The position numbers were made by a program, and so were the translations under genes. DNA of 64,000 bases. Source: Candidatus Kapaibacterium sp. Its GTDB lineage: Bacteria; Bacteroidota; Ignavibacteria; Kapaibacteriales; UBA2268. Positions 39,472 through 51,924 of this stretch are shown piece after piece. The first letter of the stretch is position 1; every line of letters begins with the position of its first letter. The notes under the pieces are model-generated. The model was given only the letters and a program-made list of their open reading frames with translations. It was not told where the DNA came from and made no database searches. The stretch covers positions 2,162,231 through 2,226,230 of the forward strand of contig CP058732.1 in assembly GCA_013414795.1 (NCBI GenBank), written 5' to 3'.

Positions 39472-40407
39472 CTATCCCCTGATTAATTGCAAGAATGCTT
39501 GCGGATTCGCATTTGCTTGTGCAAGCGAAATCAAAGAAGCCTGTTGCAAGAATTGTGCTTTAATCAATTCTAATTGTTCGAGTGCAACATCTGCATCTTC
39601 AATACGGGAAATAGCGGCATTATAGTTTGTAATTTGCGCTTTCAACAAATCTTCTTGCGAACTCAATCTATTACTAATACCACCGAGTAAAGAGGCAACT
39701 TTATTCACATTTTGAAGTGCTTGATTTAAACTTTGGATTGTCAAATGAATGACAGTCGGTGCAAAGATCCCCAAATTTGTGGAGGAAACTGCATCCAGAC
39801 TTGTCAAATCCAAATTGCTCACACCTGCAAAATGTTGGGATGTCATTGCTTTGATATCGAAACTCCCGCTTGGAATGTTATAATCAACGTTATAAGTTGT
39901 TAAATCTACCGAAAGAGTAACAAGGTCATACCTTGCATTCATTCCAATCACGAACGCAGCAGAAAAAGTCCCATCGAGCAGTTGACGACCACCATAAACG
40001 GTTGTATCAACAATTGTCTGGATTTGCTGTGCCATTCGATAGGCGGCTTTTGCAAGGGATACTAATTCGTCGGTTCCAAGAGCACCACTTGCGGCTTGTG
40101 TTGCAGTGTCTTTAATTATTAATAAGCGTTGCGACAAGTTATCTAATGCTTCAATGGCAATATTTGTAATTGCATAAGCATCGCTAACCGCAAGCAAAGC
40201 CGCTTTCATAGCTCCGTTGCGGGATTGTAACGCTCGTGAAGTTATATATCCAGCAACATCGTCGCCAGGATTATTAATTCTTTTGCCCGTTGACAAACGC
40301 AATTGACGAAGCGAAATGTTTCGGTTTGATATTTCCAAAGCATTGTAGGCATTCTCTGCTGGAATGTTTGTTCGGATTCTCGAATTCCCTCCAATTGCAA
40401 ATGGCAT
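39472..40407 (-). CDS. fliC: Flagellin
   Basis: RIRTN, RLSTGKRIN...DD.AG; C-terminal SRIEDAD.A.E...LQQA...LAQAN; AAGGAGGT RBS. Confidence 0.93.
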   Translation of the reverse strand: MPFAIGGNSRIRTNIPAENAYNALEISNRNISLRQLRLSTGKRINNPGDDVAGYITSRALQSRNGAMKAALLAVSDAYAITNIAIEALDNLSQRLLIIKDTATQAASGALGTDELVSLAKAAYRMAQQIQTIVDTTVYGGRQLLDGTFSAAFVIGMNARYDLVTLSVDLTTYNVDYNIPSGSFDIKAMTSQHFAGVSNLDLTSLDAVSSTNLGIFAPTVIHLTIQSLNQALQNVNKVASLLGGISNRLSSQEDLLKAQITNYNAAISRIEDADVALEQLELIKAQFLQQASLISLAQANANPQAFLQLIRG

Positions 40408-40454
40408 TTTATACCTCCTTATTTAACAATTAATTTCAAATTCAATTACATTTT

Positions 40455-40471
40455 TTCAATCGATGTGCCAA
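40455..40471 (-). promoter_or_regulatory. Possible sigma54 promoter of flagellin (-12 variant)
   Basis: TTGGCAC-ATCGA-TTGAA; GA instead of GC at -12. Confidence 0.5.
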
Positions 40472-40650
40472 GACAGAATTATTAACAAACGGAAAATACC
40501 AAAATCCGTATTGGATGTGAATTTCGAGACTTTAATTTCTATTTTACAACTATCAAAATGATTAAAATTAAACAAAAAGACTTGATAAAAAAAGACACTT
40601 TTTTGATTAAAAATCGACTTAAAATAAATCTTGGCTAATTTTAGCCAGCA

Positions 40651-42510
40651 CTATTGATTAGGAAAGGCTTTGGCTTTGGGAAGTGTAACATAGAATGTTG
40701 TCCCTTTTCCCAACTCGCTTTCAACGCGAATTGTACCACCATTTTTCTCGACAAATTCTTTGCATAAAATCAAACCGAGTCCGCTACCTTTTTCTCCAGA
40801 GGTTCCAAGAGTAGAAACATTTTCGCCTACTTTAAACAATTTATCCATTTGTTCTTTGCTCATTCCAACACCTGTATCTGAAACGCTCAATTCAAAATTA
40901 TCACCTTTGTCAATTAAATTAATTCTAATCTCTCCCCCAGGATTTGTAAATTTTATTGCATTAGAAACAAGATTCCTTACAATAGTCGTTATCATATTGC
41001 GGTCCACAAAAGAAAAGGATTGAGGTGGGACATTGTTGGAGATAACTATATTCTTTTGTTTCGCATTTGGTTCGTTCAATAATTTTGAAGCAAGAGCAAT
41101 TTCAAAAAGGTCGGTGTCTTCGGGATTAAAAGGTATTGTACCCGTCTGTGTTCTTGCCCATTGAAGTAAGTTTTCTAATAGATTATAGGATTGGTTGGCG
41201 AATTCAAGCAAATCGACAAGCAATTCTCTCATCTCATCCGGAGAAAGAATTTCGGAGTTTTCAATTAGCATTTTTGTCATAGAAATCAAACCAGAAATTG
41301 GAGCGCGGAGGTCGTGGGCAATAATGTTGAAAAATTTATCTTTTGCAAAATTTAATTCTTTCAACCTTTCTTCCGATTCCTTTAGTTGTTGTTCGTATTG
41401 CTTGCGTTGGGTAATATCTCGCATAATTCCCATAACAACAACTTCGCCGGGCTTCCCAACTGAAACTGTGGAGACTTCAACATAAACTTTTTTACCGCTT
41501 TTATGAACAAGTTGCAATTCATATTGGTTTGGGATTTCTTTTCCCTCGAGTCGGGCTCGATATCTTTCCTCCAGATATCTTTTACTTTCGTCAGAGACCA
41601 ATACTTCGAAATCAAAATCCGGGGAGGTTAATTCCTCGAATGTATAACCGGTCAACTCGCAGAATCTCGGATTAACATATTGGTAACGTCGCCCTTTCAT
41701 TAAATAAATAGCGTCGAAGGCATTTTCAATAAGTGCTCGATATAAAGTTGAACTTTCTTCGTACAATTGTCGAATGTAATCCAGTTCGCTTGTATCAATT
41801 GAAATGCAAAAGACATATTTTTCCCCGCCAAAATTAATTAGAAATTTTGTAACTTCGAGATAATGAATTTTTCCTTCTTTATCTGAAATTTGCGCGTGGA
41901 AATGAATTTGGTCCTTCTTTCCTGAAAAAAGTTCCTCGTCGGTTTCTTTTTGCAATCTAACAAATTCATTTGGACCGAAAAGACTTTCTAAGTCTTTCCC
42001 AAGAATTTGTGTTGTGGGCAATCCTATAAAATTCTCAAAACTTTGATTGCAAAGAACGATTTTCGAATTTCTATCCTTTATTGTAATCCAAAAATCAAAT
42101 TTATCCAGAACGTTTTTAAAATATTTTACATTACCAAAAACAAACTCAATCGGAAGATTTTCAGAAAGAGCAAAGCGTGTCAATGTCAAAAGGGTTAAAG
42201 TACTCCCGTCTGCTTGGAATGTTCTTGCGGTAACAAATATTGGCGTTCCATTCCACAAATATAAAGGATAATCTTCTATTTCGGACTTTTGTTCCAAAAT
42301 AGCCAAGAACTCTTTAAGACTCTGGGTTTCCTTGAACAGTTTTTGCTCGACTATACTTTTTCCAACTTCAATTTTGTTGTCCTCTTTTAACAAATTATTT
42401 AAAGCAGGGTTAAAGCCTAAAACCACCAACCCCTCCAAAATAAGCGACGGAGTTGGCAGAACATTAATATCAATAAGATAATTCGAAACACTTTTTGAAG
42501 TGATTTCCAT
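40651..42510 (-). CDS. Cytoplasmic PAS-domain sensor histidine kinase
   Basis: PAS/PAC (RDITQRK), H-box IAHDLR, NLVSNAIKF, DTGVG, GSGLGL; no TM segment. Confidence 0.93.
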   Translation of the reverse strand: MEITSKSVSNYLIDINVLPTPSLILEGLVVLGFNPALNNLLKEDNKIEVGKSIVEQKLFKETQSLKEFLAILEQKSEIEDYPLYLWNGTPIFVTARTFQADGSTLTLLTLTRFALSENLPIEFVFGNVKYFKNVLDKFDFWITIKDRNSKIVLCNQSFENFIGLPTTQILGKDLESLFGPNEFVRLQKETDEELFSGKKDQIHFHAQISDKEGKIHYLEVTKFLINFGGEKYVFCISIDTSELDYIRQLYEESSTLYRALIENAFDAIYLMKGRRYQYVNPRFCELTGYTFEELTSPDFDFEVLVSDESKRYLEERYRARLEGKEIPNQYELQLVHKSGKKVYVEVSTVSVGKPGEVVVMGIMRDITQRKQYEQQLKESEERLKELNFAKDKFFNIIAHDLRAPISGLISMTKMLIENSEILSPDEMRELLVDLLEFANQSYNLLENLLQWARTQTGTIPFNPEDTDLFEIALASKLLNEPNAKQKNIVISNNVPPQSFSFVDRNMITTIVRNLVSNAIKFTNPGGEIRINLIDKGDNFELSVSDTGVGMSKEQMDKLFKVGENVSTLGTSGEKGSGLGLILCKEFVEKNGGTIRVESELGKGTTFYVTLPKAKAFPNQ

Positions 42511-42564
42511 ATTTTTTTTGTATAAAAGTCAAAAATAAGAAAAATACAAAATAAATCAAATAAA

Positions 42565-43755
42565 TTATGATTCCAAAGCAAGAATCCCGGGCAATTGCTT
42601 TCCCCCAAGAAATTCCAAAGAAGCACCGCCCCCCGTAGATACGTGCGATACTTTATCTTTAAGTCCCAGAGCAGCAATAGCAGAAGCAGAATCCCCACCA
42701 CCGACAATAGTTATTGCACCAAGTTTTGTAGCTTCCGCAAGGGCATATGCAATTGCTTTCGTTCCGTCTGAAAATTTTTCAATTTCAAACACACCAACGG
42801 GCCCATTCCAAACAACCATTTTTGCTTCTAAAATGATGTCCTTGTACTTTTCCCTCGTTTCGTAACCAATATCAACTCCCATCCACTCGTCGGGAATCAT
42901 ATCGCTGTCAACATTTCTTACATTTGCCCCTTGTTCAAATTTGTCAGCGACTATTACATCAGTGGGCAGTATTAATTTGCTTTGCCAATTTTTTGAACTT
43001 TCCAACAATTCTTTAGCAAGGGGAACTTTTTCTTCCTCGACTATTGACTTGCCAATACTCAAACCCTTTGCTTTAAAAAATGTATATGTTAAACCACCAC
43101 CGACCAAAATGTAATCGCATTTTTCCGAAAGGTTTTGGATGATATCAATTTTCCCCGAAATTTTAGCACCGCCAATAATCACCACATATGGTTTTGGCGG
43201 GTTGCTAACCGCTTTACCCAAATAGTTGATTTCCCGTAATAACAGTTCGCCAGCAAATTTTTCCTGGAATAAACGTGGGAGGGAATCAATACTTGCGTGT
43301 GCTCTGTGACAAGTTGCAAAAGCATCGTTTACATATACATCTCCAAGCCTTCTAAGTTTCTCTGCAAATTCTATCGAGTTTTGCTCCTCTTCTTTGTAGA
43401 ATCGCAAATTCTCTAATAAAACAATTTGGCTTGGTATTGCCGAATGGACGACCTTCTCGACTTCTTCTCCAATGCAATCTTCAACAAAAATCACATCATA
43501 GCCAAGATGGTCTTTTAAATAATCAGCAACTGGTTTCAATGAATATTTTGGGTTCTTGGTCCCCTTTGGTCTCCCAAGATGTGAAATTAGTATTGGAACA
43601 CCGCCATCATCTATAATCTTATTAATTGTTGTTAACGATTCTACAATCCGAGTATCATCGGCAACACGCAATTCCTCGTTTAATGGAACATTAAAATCAA
43701 CGCGGACAAGAACATTCTTGCCCGCGAAATTGTAATCATAGATTGACTTTATCAT
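42565..43755 (-). CDS. pgk: Phosphoglycerate kinase
   Basis: RVDFNVP, SHLGRP, STGGGASLE. Confidence 0.97.
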   Translation of the reverse strand: MIKSIYDYNFAGKNVLVRVDFNVPLNEELRVADDTRIVESLTTINKIIDDGGVPILISHLGRPKGTKNPKYSLKPVADYLKDHLGYDVIFVEDCIGEEVEKVVHSAIPSQIVLLENLRFYKEEEQNSIEFAEKLRRLGDVYVNDAFATCHRAHASIDSLPRLFQEKFAGELLLREINYLGKAVSNPPKPYVVIIGGAKISGKIDIIQNLSEKCDYILVGGGLTYTFFKAKGLSIGKSIVEEEKVPLAKELLESSKNWQSKLILPTDVIVADKFEQGANVRNVDSDMIPDEWMGVDIGYETREKYKDIILEAKMVVWNGPVGVFEIEKFSDGTKAIAYALAEATKLGAITIVGGGDSASAIAALGLKDKVSHVSTGGGASLEFLGGKQLPGILALES

Positions 43756-43774
43756 AGATTTAACTTATCAAAAG

Positions 43775-45860
<2,086 letters not shown>

Positions 45861-45925
45861 TTTACTAAATAGCAATATTCGATAGTTTTTTTTCGTCAAA
45901 AGTTATTTTACAACGAAAATTTAGT

Positions 45926-46411
45926 ATGAGGTTTTTTACATTTTTCTTGATTGCATTGATTTTCATTGCCTGTCAAGAAGGAGTTAGCCCAGCAGATGGC
46001 GAAAGAGAAAGTTTCGTTAGCGGAAAACTAATTGTAATTTCTGGCAAATCCAGTTGGCCATCTCCCGATTCAGCCAAAGAACTTCGAATGATAGTTGTAC
46101 CCGAGTATCCGCCTTACAATATTCTTTCGGATATTCTCGAAGGCAGAGCCTATCTTTCGGATACTCTTCCCAGATTTATCGACACAATTCCATACCGAGT
46201 CAAAATACAAAAAACACCAATGGAAACGGCATACATCCTCGCTTCTCTTCGATTTGGAACAATAATACAACAAAGAATGATTGGTTTTTACAAAAAAAAT
46301 CTTGAAAGTAAAATACCAGATAAATTGTACATCGACAAAGGTGTTTATTTAAAAGATTTAGACATATTTATCGATTTTTACAATTTACCAGAACAACAAC
46401 CCATAAAGTAA
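45926..46411 (+). CDS. Hypothetical lipoprotein
   Basis: Lipobox FIAC; directly upstream of the TonB-dependent receptor. Confidence 0.75.
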   Translation: MRFFTFFLIALIFIACQEGVSPADGERESFVSGKLIVISGKSSWPSPDSAKELRMIVVPEYPPYNILSDILEGRAYLSDTLPRFIDTIPYRVKIQKTPMETAYILASLRFGTIIQQRMIGFYKKNLESKIPDKLYIDKGVYLKDLDIFIDFYNLPEQQPIK

Positions 46412-46412
46412 T

Positions 46413-48611
46413 ATGAAGAAACAAATTGCAATTTTCTTGATTATCTTATTTTCGCCCATTATTAAGTCGCTCGCTCAAGTGCAACTTTCTGGTTATGTAT
46501 ACGATAAGGTTGAGAACCGCAGTTTGCCTGGTGCCAAAATCCAACTCGAAGGAACAATCTTGGGTGCTGTTTCAAATAATGACGGGTACTTTAAAATCAC
46601 CAAAATACCAAAAGGAAATTATAATCTAATGGTAATTGCTTCTGGATACGAAACTTATAAAGAAAGAATTCTTCTCCTTTCGGATACTACAATTTCTATT
46701 GGACTTAAAATAAAAGAAATTTCCAAGCCAGAGGTAGTAGTTACGGCTTCAAGAAGAATGCAATCCTACGAAGATGTACCTCTTTCAATAACAACAATTG
46801 ACCAGGATTACTTCAAAGGAAAAAATTACTTCGAGATGAAGGAATATGTAAATTTCGTTTCTGGTGTTAATGTTAGTGCCGACAATATTAGTATTCGTGG
46901 TTCCTCTGGCTTTCAATTTGGTGCTGGTTCACGTGTAACCTTGCTGGTGGATGGATTTCCTTTTCTTTCTGGGGACATTGGCGAAGCAAACTTAAACATT
47001 ATTTCGCCAGACATCGCCAATAGAATTGAAATCCTTAAAGGAAGCGGTTCCGCTCTTTATGGAAGTTCGGCTATGGGCGGTGTTGTTAATTTAATCACAA
47101 AAGAGCCAGAGAATGCCCTAACTATCTCAACACAAGTTAATTCTGGTGTTTACACCAATCCTAAATACGAGGAATGGAAATACACAGATAACATTCGTAC
47201 AAAAAGCAACATCACAACAACAATTCTTGCAAACAACAGCGTGGGCAAATTATTAGTCAATGCACAATACATCAACGACGAAAGTTATAGAATGTTCAAC
47301 AGAAGTAACAAAATCAACTTCTACGGTAGATATATAAAACCTTTTAATGGTGGCAAAAGGCTTGGCTTTTTTGCTTTTGCAAACTACATCCATTCCGATG
47401 ATGCAAAATATTGGAAAGGTGCCTACAATGCTACTTTGCCACAAGAAGATTTCGACTTGTCAAGAAGAATCGAAAGAAGTCGATTTGCAGTTGGGGTTGA
47501 TTACCTTTCTCCAATAGGTTTGAATTCATTCTACCAAATCAAAACTTCGCTTTATCGTACAAATTTTGAATCCAACTTGCCTAAAACAGACAATAACTAT
47601 CGTCAATCAACAAGTTATTCCAATTTCAACGAGTTTCAAATCAATCACCATTTGTTTAAAAATTCAATGGTTACCTCTGGAATCACAATCATTAACAATT
47701 GGGTCAATTCTTTCCAATACGGCGATAGAAAACAAAGTCTGTTCTCTTTTTTCACGCAAGGAGAATTTTCAATACTTGAAAGAAAATTAGAAGCAACTGG
47801 TGGCATTCGTTTAGATTACGACGTTAGCGATTCCTCGGAAAATTTTTTCGAAATATCTCCAAGATTTGGACTTATTTACAAAATAATGTCTGGATTTAAC
47901 ATCCGAACTTCTGTGGGTAAAGGCTTTCGTGTTGCAACCATTTCAGAACGCTTTTCCTCAATTCGTGCTGGTGGATACACAATCGAACCCAATCCCAACC
48001 TTTCGCCAGAAAAATCTTGGAATTTTGAACTTGGAACCTCGTTCGACAAAGAAATCTTTGGCTGGTCTTGGTTCATAGATGGTGCAATTTTCTACACAAG
48101 ATACCAAAACCTAATAGAACCACAATTCGATACTAATGCGTCCACACCAACCATTCGCTTTCGAAATATTGCAAATAGCGAAATCAAAGGATTTGATATT
48201 TCAATTCGCACTCGCCCACACAAAAATTTCGAGACCAATTTTAATTTTACATATTTAGATCCGTTGGATTTAAATACTAACGAGGTTTTAAAGTTTCGTT
48301 CCCGATTTTACGTAACAAGCGGAATTAATTTCACCTACGAAAATCTTAATTTGTCGTTGCCCTACAAGTTTGTTAGCAAAATTGTCAAAGTCGAAGAACA
48401 ATTGAGATTTATCTTAAAAGACTATGCTGTTCGGGTGCCAATTCATCTACTTGACTTCAATGCAAGCTATAATTTTAATTCTTCAAAATTGCCTTTGGAA
48501 GTGACATTTTCAGTTCAAAATCTTTTGGATTATTACTACATTGATTTAGTTGGAAATCTTGCTCCTACTCGGTTTATTTCATTAGGTTTGAAGTACACAT
48601 TTCAAAAGTAA
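46413..48611 (+). CDS. TonB-dependent receptor
   Basis: EVVVTASR, ISIRG, RIEILKG..SALYGSSAMGGVVN plug motifs; beta-barrel tail. Confidence 0.93.
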   Translation: MKKQIAIFLIILFSPIIKSLAQVQLSGYVYDKVENRSLPGAKIQLEGTILGAVSNNDGYFKITKIPKGNYNLMVIASGYETYKERILLLSDTTISIGLKIKEISKPEVVVTASRRMQSYEDVPLSITTIDQDYFKGKNYFEMKEYVNFVSGVNVSADNISIRGSSGFQFGAGSRVTLLVDGFPFLSGDIGEANLNIISPDIANRIEILKGSGSALYGSSAMGGVVNLITKEPENALTISTQVNSGVYTNPKYEEWKYTDNIRTKSNITTTILANNSVGKLLVNAQYINDESYRMFNRSNKINFYGRYIKPFNGGKRLGFFAFANYIHSDDAKYWKGAYNATLPQEDFDLSRRIERSRFAVGVDYLSPIGLNSFYQIKTSLYRTNFESNLPKTDNNYRQSTSYSNFNEFQINHHLFKNSMVTSGITIINNWVNSFQYGDRKQSLFSFFTQGEFSILERKLEATGGIRLDYDVSDSSENFFEISPRFGLIYKIMSGFNIRTSVGKGFRVATISERFSSIRAGGYTIEPNPNLSPEKSWNFELGTSFDKEIFGWSWFIDGAIFYTRYQNLIEPQFDTNASTPTIRFRNIANSEIKGFDISIRTRPHKNFETNFNFTYLDPLDLNTNEVLKFRSRFYVTSGINFTYENLNLSLPYKFVSKIVKVEEQLRFILKDYAVRVPIHLLDFNASYNFNSSKLPLEVTFSVQNLLDYYYIDLVGNLAPTRFISLGLKYTFQK

Positions 48612-48617
48612 CAAAAG

Positions 48618-49211
48618 TTAGTCTTTATACAATCTGTAAATTTCTTCGAGTAGTTGTTCTACATTGCTTCCAAAGACAATCACTCCATCTTTGTGCCCAC
48701 CTAAAACAATAGTCCCCACTTCAACTGAAATATCCGCAATACTTTTCAAATTCAATATCGAACGGGCAAGTTCAACAGTACCATATTCAACATTGTCTGG
48801 TGTCGTTATCTTTTTGTTTTTCAATTCATTCCAAATTTTTGAATTATGGAAGTGAACAACAAAGTTTGCATTTGGAAATGTTGACAAAATAGCAAAATGT
48901 GTAATTGTTTCGCTTGAAGGCGGATATTTACCAATGCACTTTACAAAATTTCTATCAATATCAACAAATGTTATTATTGTAAATTGTTCTGGGGAAAGTA
49001 CTCTGTACTTGCCAGTATTTGAGGCAGTAATAACAAAATTCATCCCATCCAAACGCTTACTTATATTTCCATACGAAATATTTTCGTAAAAGCCAATCAA
49101 ACCCAAATCGAAAACTTTCGTTCTTAATTTATTAACATCTCTGATGTCCAATTCCTCTGGTAAATTTCCATCAACAAGTTCAAATTTGAATTTGATATAG
49201 CCTTCGTCCAT
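48618..49211 (-). CDS. Class II aldolase/adducin-family protein (MtnB or Ald2-like)
   Basis: GNIS, ITAS, SSE...H, HFH, GH.DG. Confidence 0.85.
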   Translation of the reverse strand: MDEGYIKFKFELVDGNLPEELDIRDVNKLRTKVFDLGLIGFYENISYGNISKRLDGMNFVITASNTGKYRVLSPEQFTIITFVDIDRNFVKCIGKYPPSSETITHFAILSTFPNANFVVHFHNSKIWNELKNKKITTPDNVEYGTVELARSILNLKSIADISVEVGTIVLGGHKDGVIVFGSNVEQLLEEIYRLYKD

Positions 49212-49212
49212 A

Positions 49213-50316
49213 CTATTTAACCATCTCTGGGAAAAGAGAAAGTAGTCCTTCTTCGCTTGCTGGACAAATTCCCCGCTCTGTTATCAAACCAGTTACAAGT
49301 CTTGATGGCGTAATATCAAATGCATAATTCAAAGCCTTACTTGATTTGGGTGTAATTAAAACATCCACAAACTTGCCGTCGACAACACCGCTCACATATT
49401 TCACTTCGTTTTCATTTCGAATTTCGATTGGTATTTGGTCAACAGTCAATTCCTCGCTCCAATCTATCGACGTAGAGGGCAAAGCAACGTAAAAAGGAAC
49501 ATTGTTGTCATATGCAGAAAGTGCTTTCAAATATGTTCCAATTTTGTTCACGACGTCCCCTTTGCGTGTTGTTCTATCAGTTCCAACAATTACAATGTCG
49601 ACCATACCTTTTTGCATCAACAACCCACCAGTGTTGTCGGAAATAACTGTGTGGGGTATCCCTTCGTGCAACAGTTCAAATGCGGTCAGTTTTGCCCCTT
49701 GCAAGCGTGGTCGAGTTTCGTCTACCCAAACGTGAACATCAACGCCTTTATCCCTTGCAATGTAAATTGGAGCAAGTGCTGTACCATAATCGATTGTCGC
49801 CAACCAGCCAGCATTACAATGAGTCAAAATGTTTACGGTTGCTCCTTTTCGTCTGAAAATATCTTCAAGCAGTTTCGAACCGTGTTCTCCAATTTTTTTG
49901 CAAATTTCTTTATCCTCTTTCAATAACTTTCGGGCAAAATTTAACAATGCTTCCTTTTTTGCTTCGATAGAATTCAACGAACCGATGGATTTCCTCGCCA
50001 GTTCTATTGTATTCTTAAGATTTACTGCTGTCGGTCGAGTTGAAAGTAATTTTTTTATTGATACCTCAAATGTGGCGTCGAATTCGCTTTCGGCACAGTC
50101 TTTCACAGCAAAATAAAGTGCATAAGCAGTGGTAACACCAATCAAAGGGGCACCACGCACCAACATATCTTTTATAGCAATTAAAAAGTCCTCGAAAGTT
50201 AAAAGATTTACAATTTCGAATTTGTGTGGCAAAAGCCTTTGGTCAATTATTGAAATTGAAGTTAACTTCTCATCTGTTTCCCAAATTGTTTGGTAATGTT
50301 TACCATTGATTTTCAT
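49213..50316 (-). CDS. mtnA: Methylthioribose-1-phosphate isomerase
   Basis: VRGAP, RPTAVNL, LTHCNAG, ETRP.LQG, NKIGTY. Confidence 0.95.
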   Translation of the reverse strand: MKINGKHYQTIWETDEKLTSISIIDQRLLPHKFEIVNLLTFEDFLIAIKDMLVRGAPLIGVTTAYALYFAVKDCAESEFDATFEVSIKKLLSTRPTAVNLKNTIELARKSIGSLNSIEAKKEALLNFARKLLKEDKEICKKIGEHGSKLLEDIFRRKGATVNILTHCNAGWLATIDYGTALAPIYIARDKGVDVHVWVDETRPRLQGAKLTAFELLHEGIPHTVISDNTGGLLMQKGMVDIVIVGTDRTTRKGDVVNKIGTYLKALSAYDNNVPFYVALPSTSIDWSEELTVDQIPIEIRNENEVKYVSGVVDGKFVDVLITPKSSKALNYAFDITPSRLVTGLITERGICPASEEGLLSLFPEMVK

Positions 50317-50921
50317 TTTTCCAAACCTTTGTAGTTCATCATAAACTCTAAAAACTTTTCTATCGCACGGCTTCTATGGCTTATTTTATTTTTCTCTTCC
50401 AATTCCATTTCGGCAAAAGTTCTCTCGAACCCATCTGGCACAAAAATCGAATCATATCCAAAACCTTTGTCGCCTCGCTCCTCTTCAATTATCCTGCCCG
50501 TGCATACACCTTCGAAAAGTTTTGGTTCGGAACCATCGTAGAAACAAATCACAGTGCGAAACCTTGCTTTTCGTTCTTCTCCATCCTTCCCTTTCAACAA
50601 TTCAAGCAACTTTTTCCTATTTTCTTTATCATCACCGTAAACACCAGAAAAGCGGGCGGAATGCACTCCTGGAAGACCATTAAGGGAAAAAACTTCCAAT
50701 CCAGTATCATCAGAAAAGGACGGAATGCCAAACAACTCGTAGCAACTTTTTGCCTTGATTAATGCATTTTCTTCCAGCGTCGAACCACTTTCCTCAATCT
50801 CAACTGACTCGGATGTAATATCGCTTAAAGAAACTATCTCAATATCAAGCCTAAAGTTATTAACTTTTTCCCTTATTTCAGCAACTTTATGCTTATTATT
50901 TGTTCCAATCAAAATTTTCAT
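50313..50921 (-). CDS. rdgB: Non-canonical purine NTP pyrophosphatase
   Basis: TNNKHK, DDTGL, GFGYD, ISHR. Confidence 0.95.
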   Translation of the reverse strand: MKILIGTNNKHKVAEIREKVNNFRLDIEIVSLSDITSESVEIEESGSTLEENALIKAKSCYELFGIPSFSDDTGLEVFSLNGLPGVHSARFSGVYGDDKENRKKLLELLKGKDGEERKARFRTVICFYDGSEPKLFEGVCTGRIIEEERGDKGFGYDSIFVPDGFERTFAEMELEEKNKISHRSRAIEKFLEFMMNYKGLEK

Positions 50922-51921
50922 TTTTCAATTTCTCGAATAATTGTTGTACAGCAGAAGAAGGCGATAATTTGCCAGTAAATATTTTTTGTTCAAGTTCTGG
51001 TAGAATTTTTTGAACTTTGGGATTATTAAAAAAGGAATTTAAAATATTCTCTTTCAACATAGAGTAAAACCAATCTATAATCTGTTCTCGTCTTCGCAAT
51101 TGAAAAACACCCGATTCATATGTCTTTTTCCGAAAATCTTCAACAATCTGCCAAAACTCATCAATCCCAGTACCTAAAAGAGAAGAGACCAAAAGAATCT
51201 TTCTTTCCCAACCTTCAGTTGGTTGTGCAAGGTAATGTATTGCTTGTCTGTATTCGTTCAAAGTCATTTGTGCAAGTTTCAAATTCTCTCCATCTGCCTT
51301 GTGAATTACAATCGCATCGGCAAGTTCGACAGTTCCCTTTTTAAAACCTTGCAACTCGTCGCCACCGCCAGGCTGGATTAACAACGTGAAAAAATCAACC
51401 ATAGAACGCACTAAAACTTCGCTTTGACCAACGCCTACAGTCTCGACTATAATTACATTAAACCCAGCGGACTCGCACAGCAGAATCGTTTCCCTTGTTT
51501 TTCTTCCTACCCCACCTAATGCACCGCTTGAAGGCGAGGGGCGAATAAAGGCATTCGGGTGGCGGGAAAGTTCCTCCATTCGAGTTTTATCGCCAAGAAT
51601 AGAGCCTTTGGTAATTGTACTGCTTGGGTCGAAAGCAAGAACTGCAACTTTATAGCCAAGATTACAAAGATACAAGCCAAATTTTTCGATAAATGTACTT
51701 TTGCCAACACCAGGTGCACCAGTAATTCCTATTCTTATTGAATTTCCAACGAATGGAATTAATTTATTCAACAACTCCTGGGACAATTTGAAATGGGATG
51801 GCAAGTTGCTTTCTACCAGTGTAATTGCTCGTGCAAGCACAGTTACATCGGATTTTAAAATTCCATTTACATAGTCGTCAATTGACAATTTCCTTGTCCG
51901 TAATCTTTGTCTTTTCTCCAT
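50896..51921 (-). CDS. meaB: Methylmalonyl-CoA mutase-associated GTPase
   Basis: GAPGVGKST, GSILGDKTRM, VETVGVGQSE. Confidence 0.95.
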   Translation of the reverse strand: MEKRQRLRTRKLSIDDYVNGILKSDVTVLARAITLVESNLPSHFKLSQELLNKLIPFVGNSIRIGITGAPGVGKSTFIEKFGLYLCNLGYKVAVLAFDPSSTITKGSILGDKTRMEELSRHPNAFIRPSPSSGALGGVGRKTRETILLCESAGFNVIIVETVGVGQSEVLVRSMVDFFTLLIQPGGGDELQGFKKGTVELADAIVIHKADGENLKLAQMTLNEYRQAIHYLAQPTEGWERKILLVSSLLGTGIDEFWQIVEDFRKKTYESGVFQLRRREQIIDWFYSMLKENILNSFFNNPKVQKILPELEQKIFTGKLSPSSAVQQLFEKLKNENFDWNK

Positions 51922-51924
51922 ATA

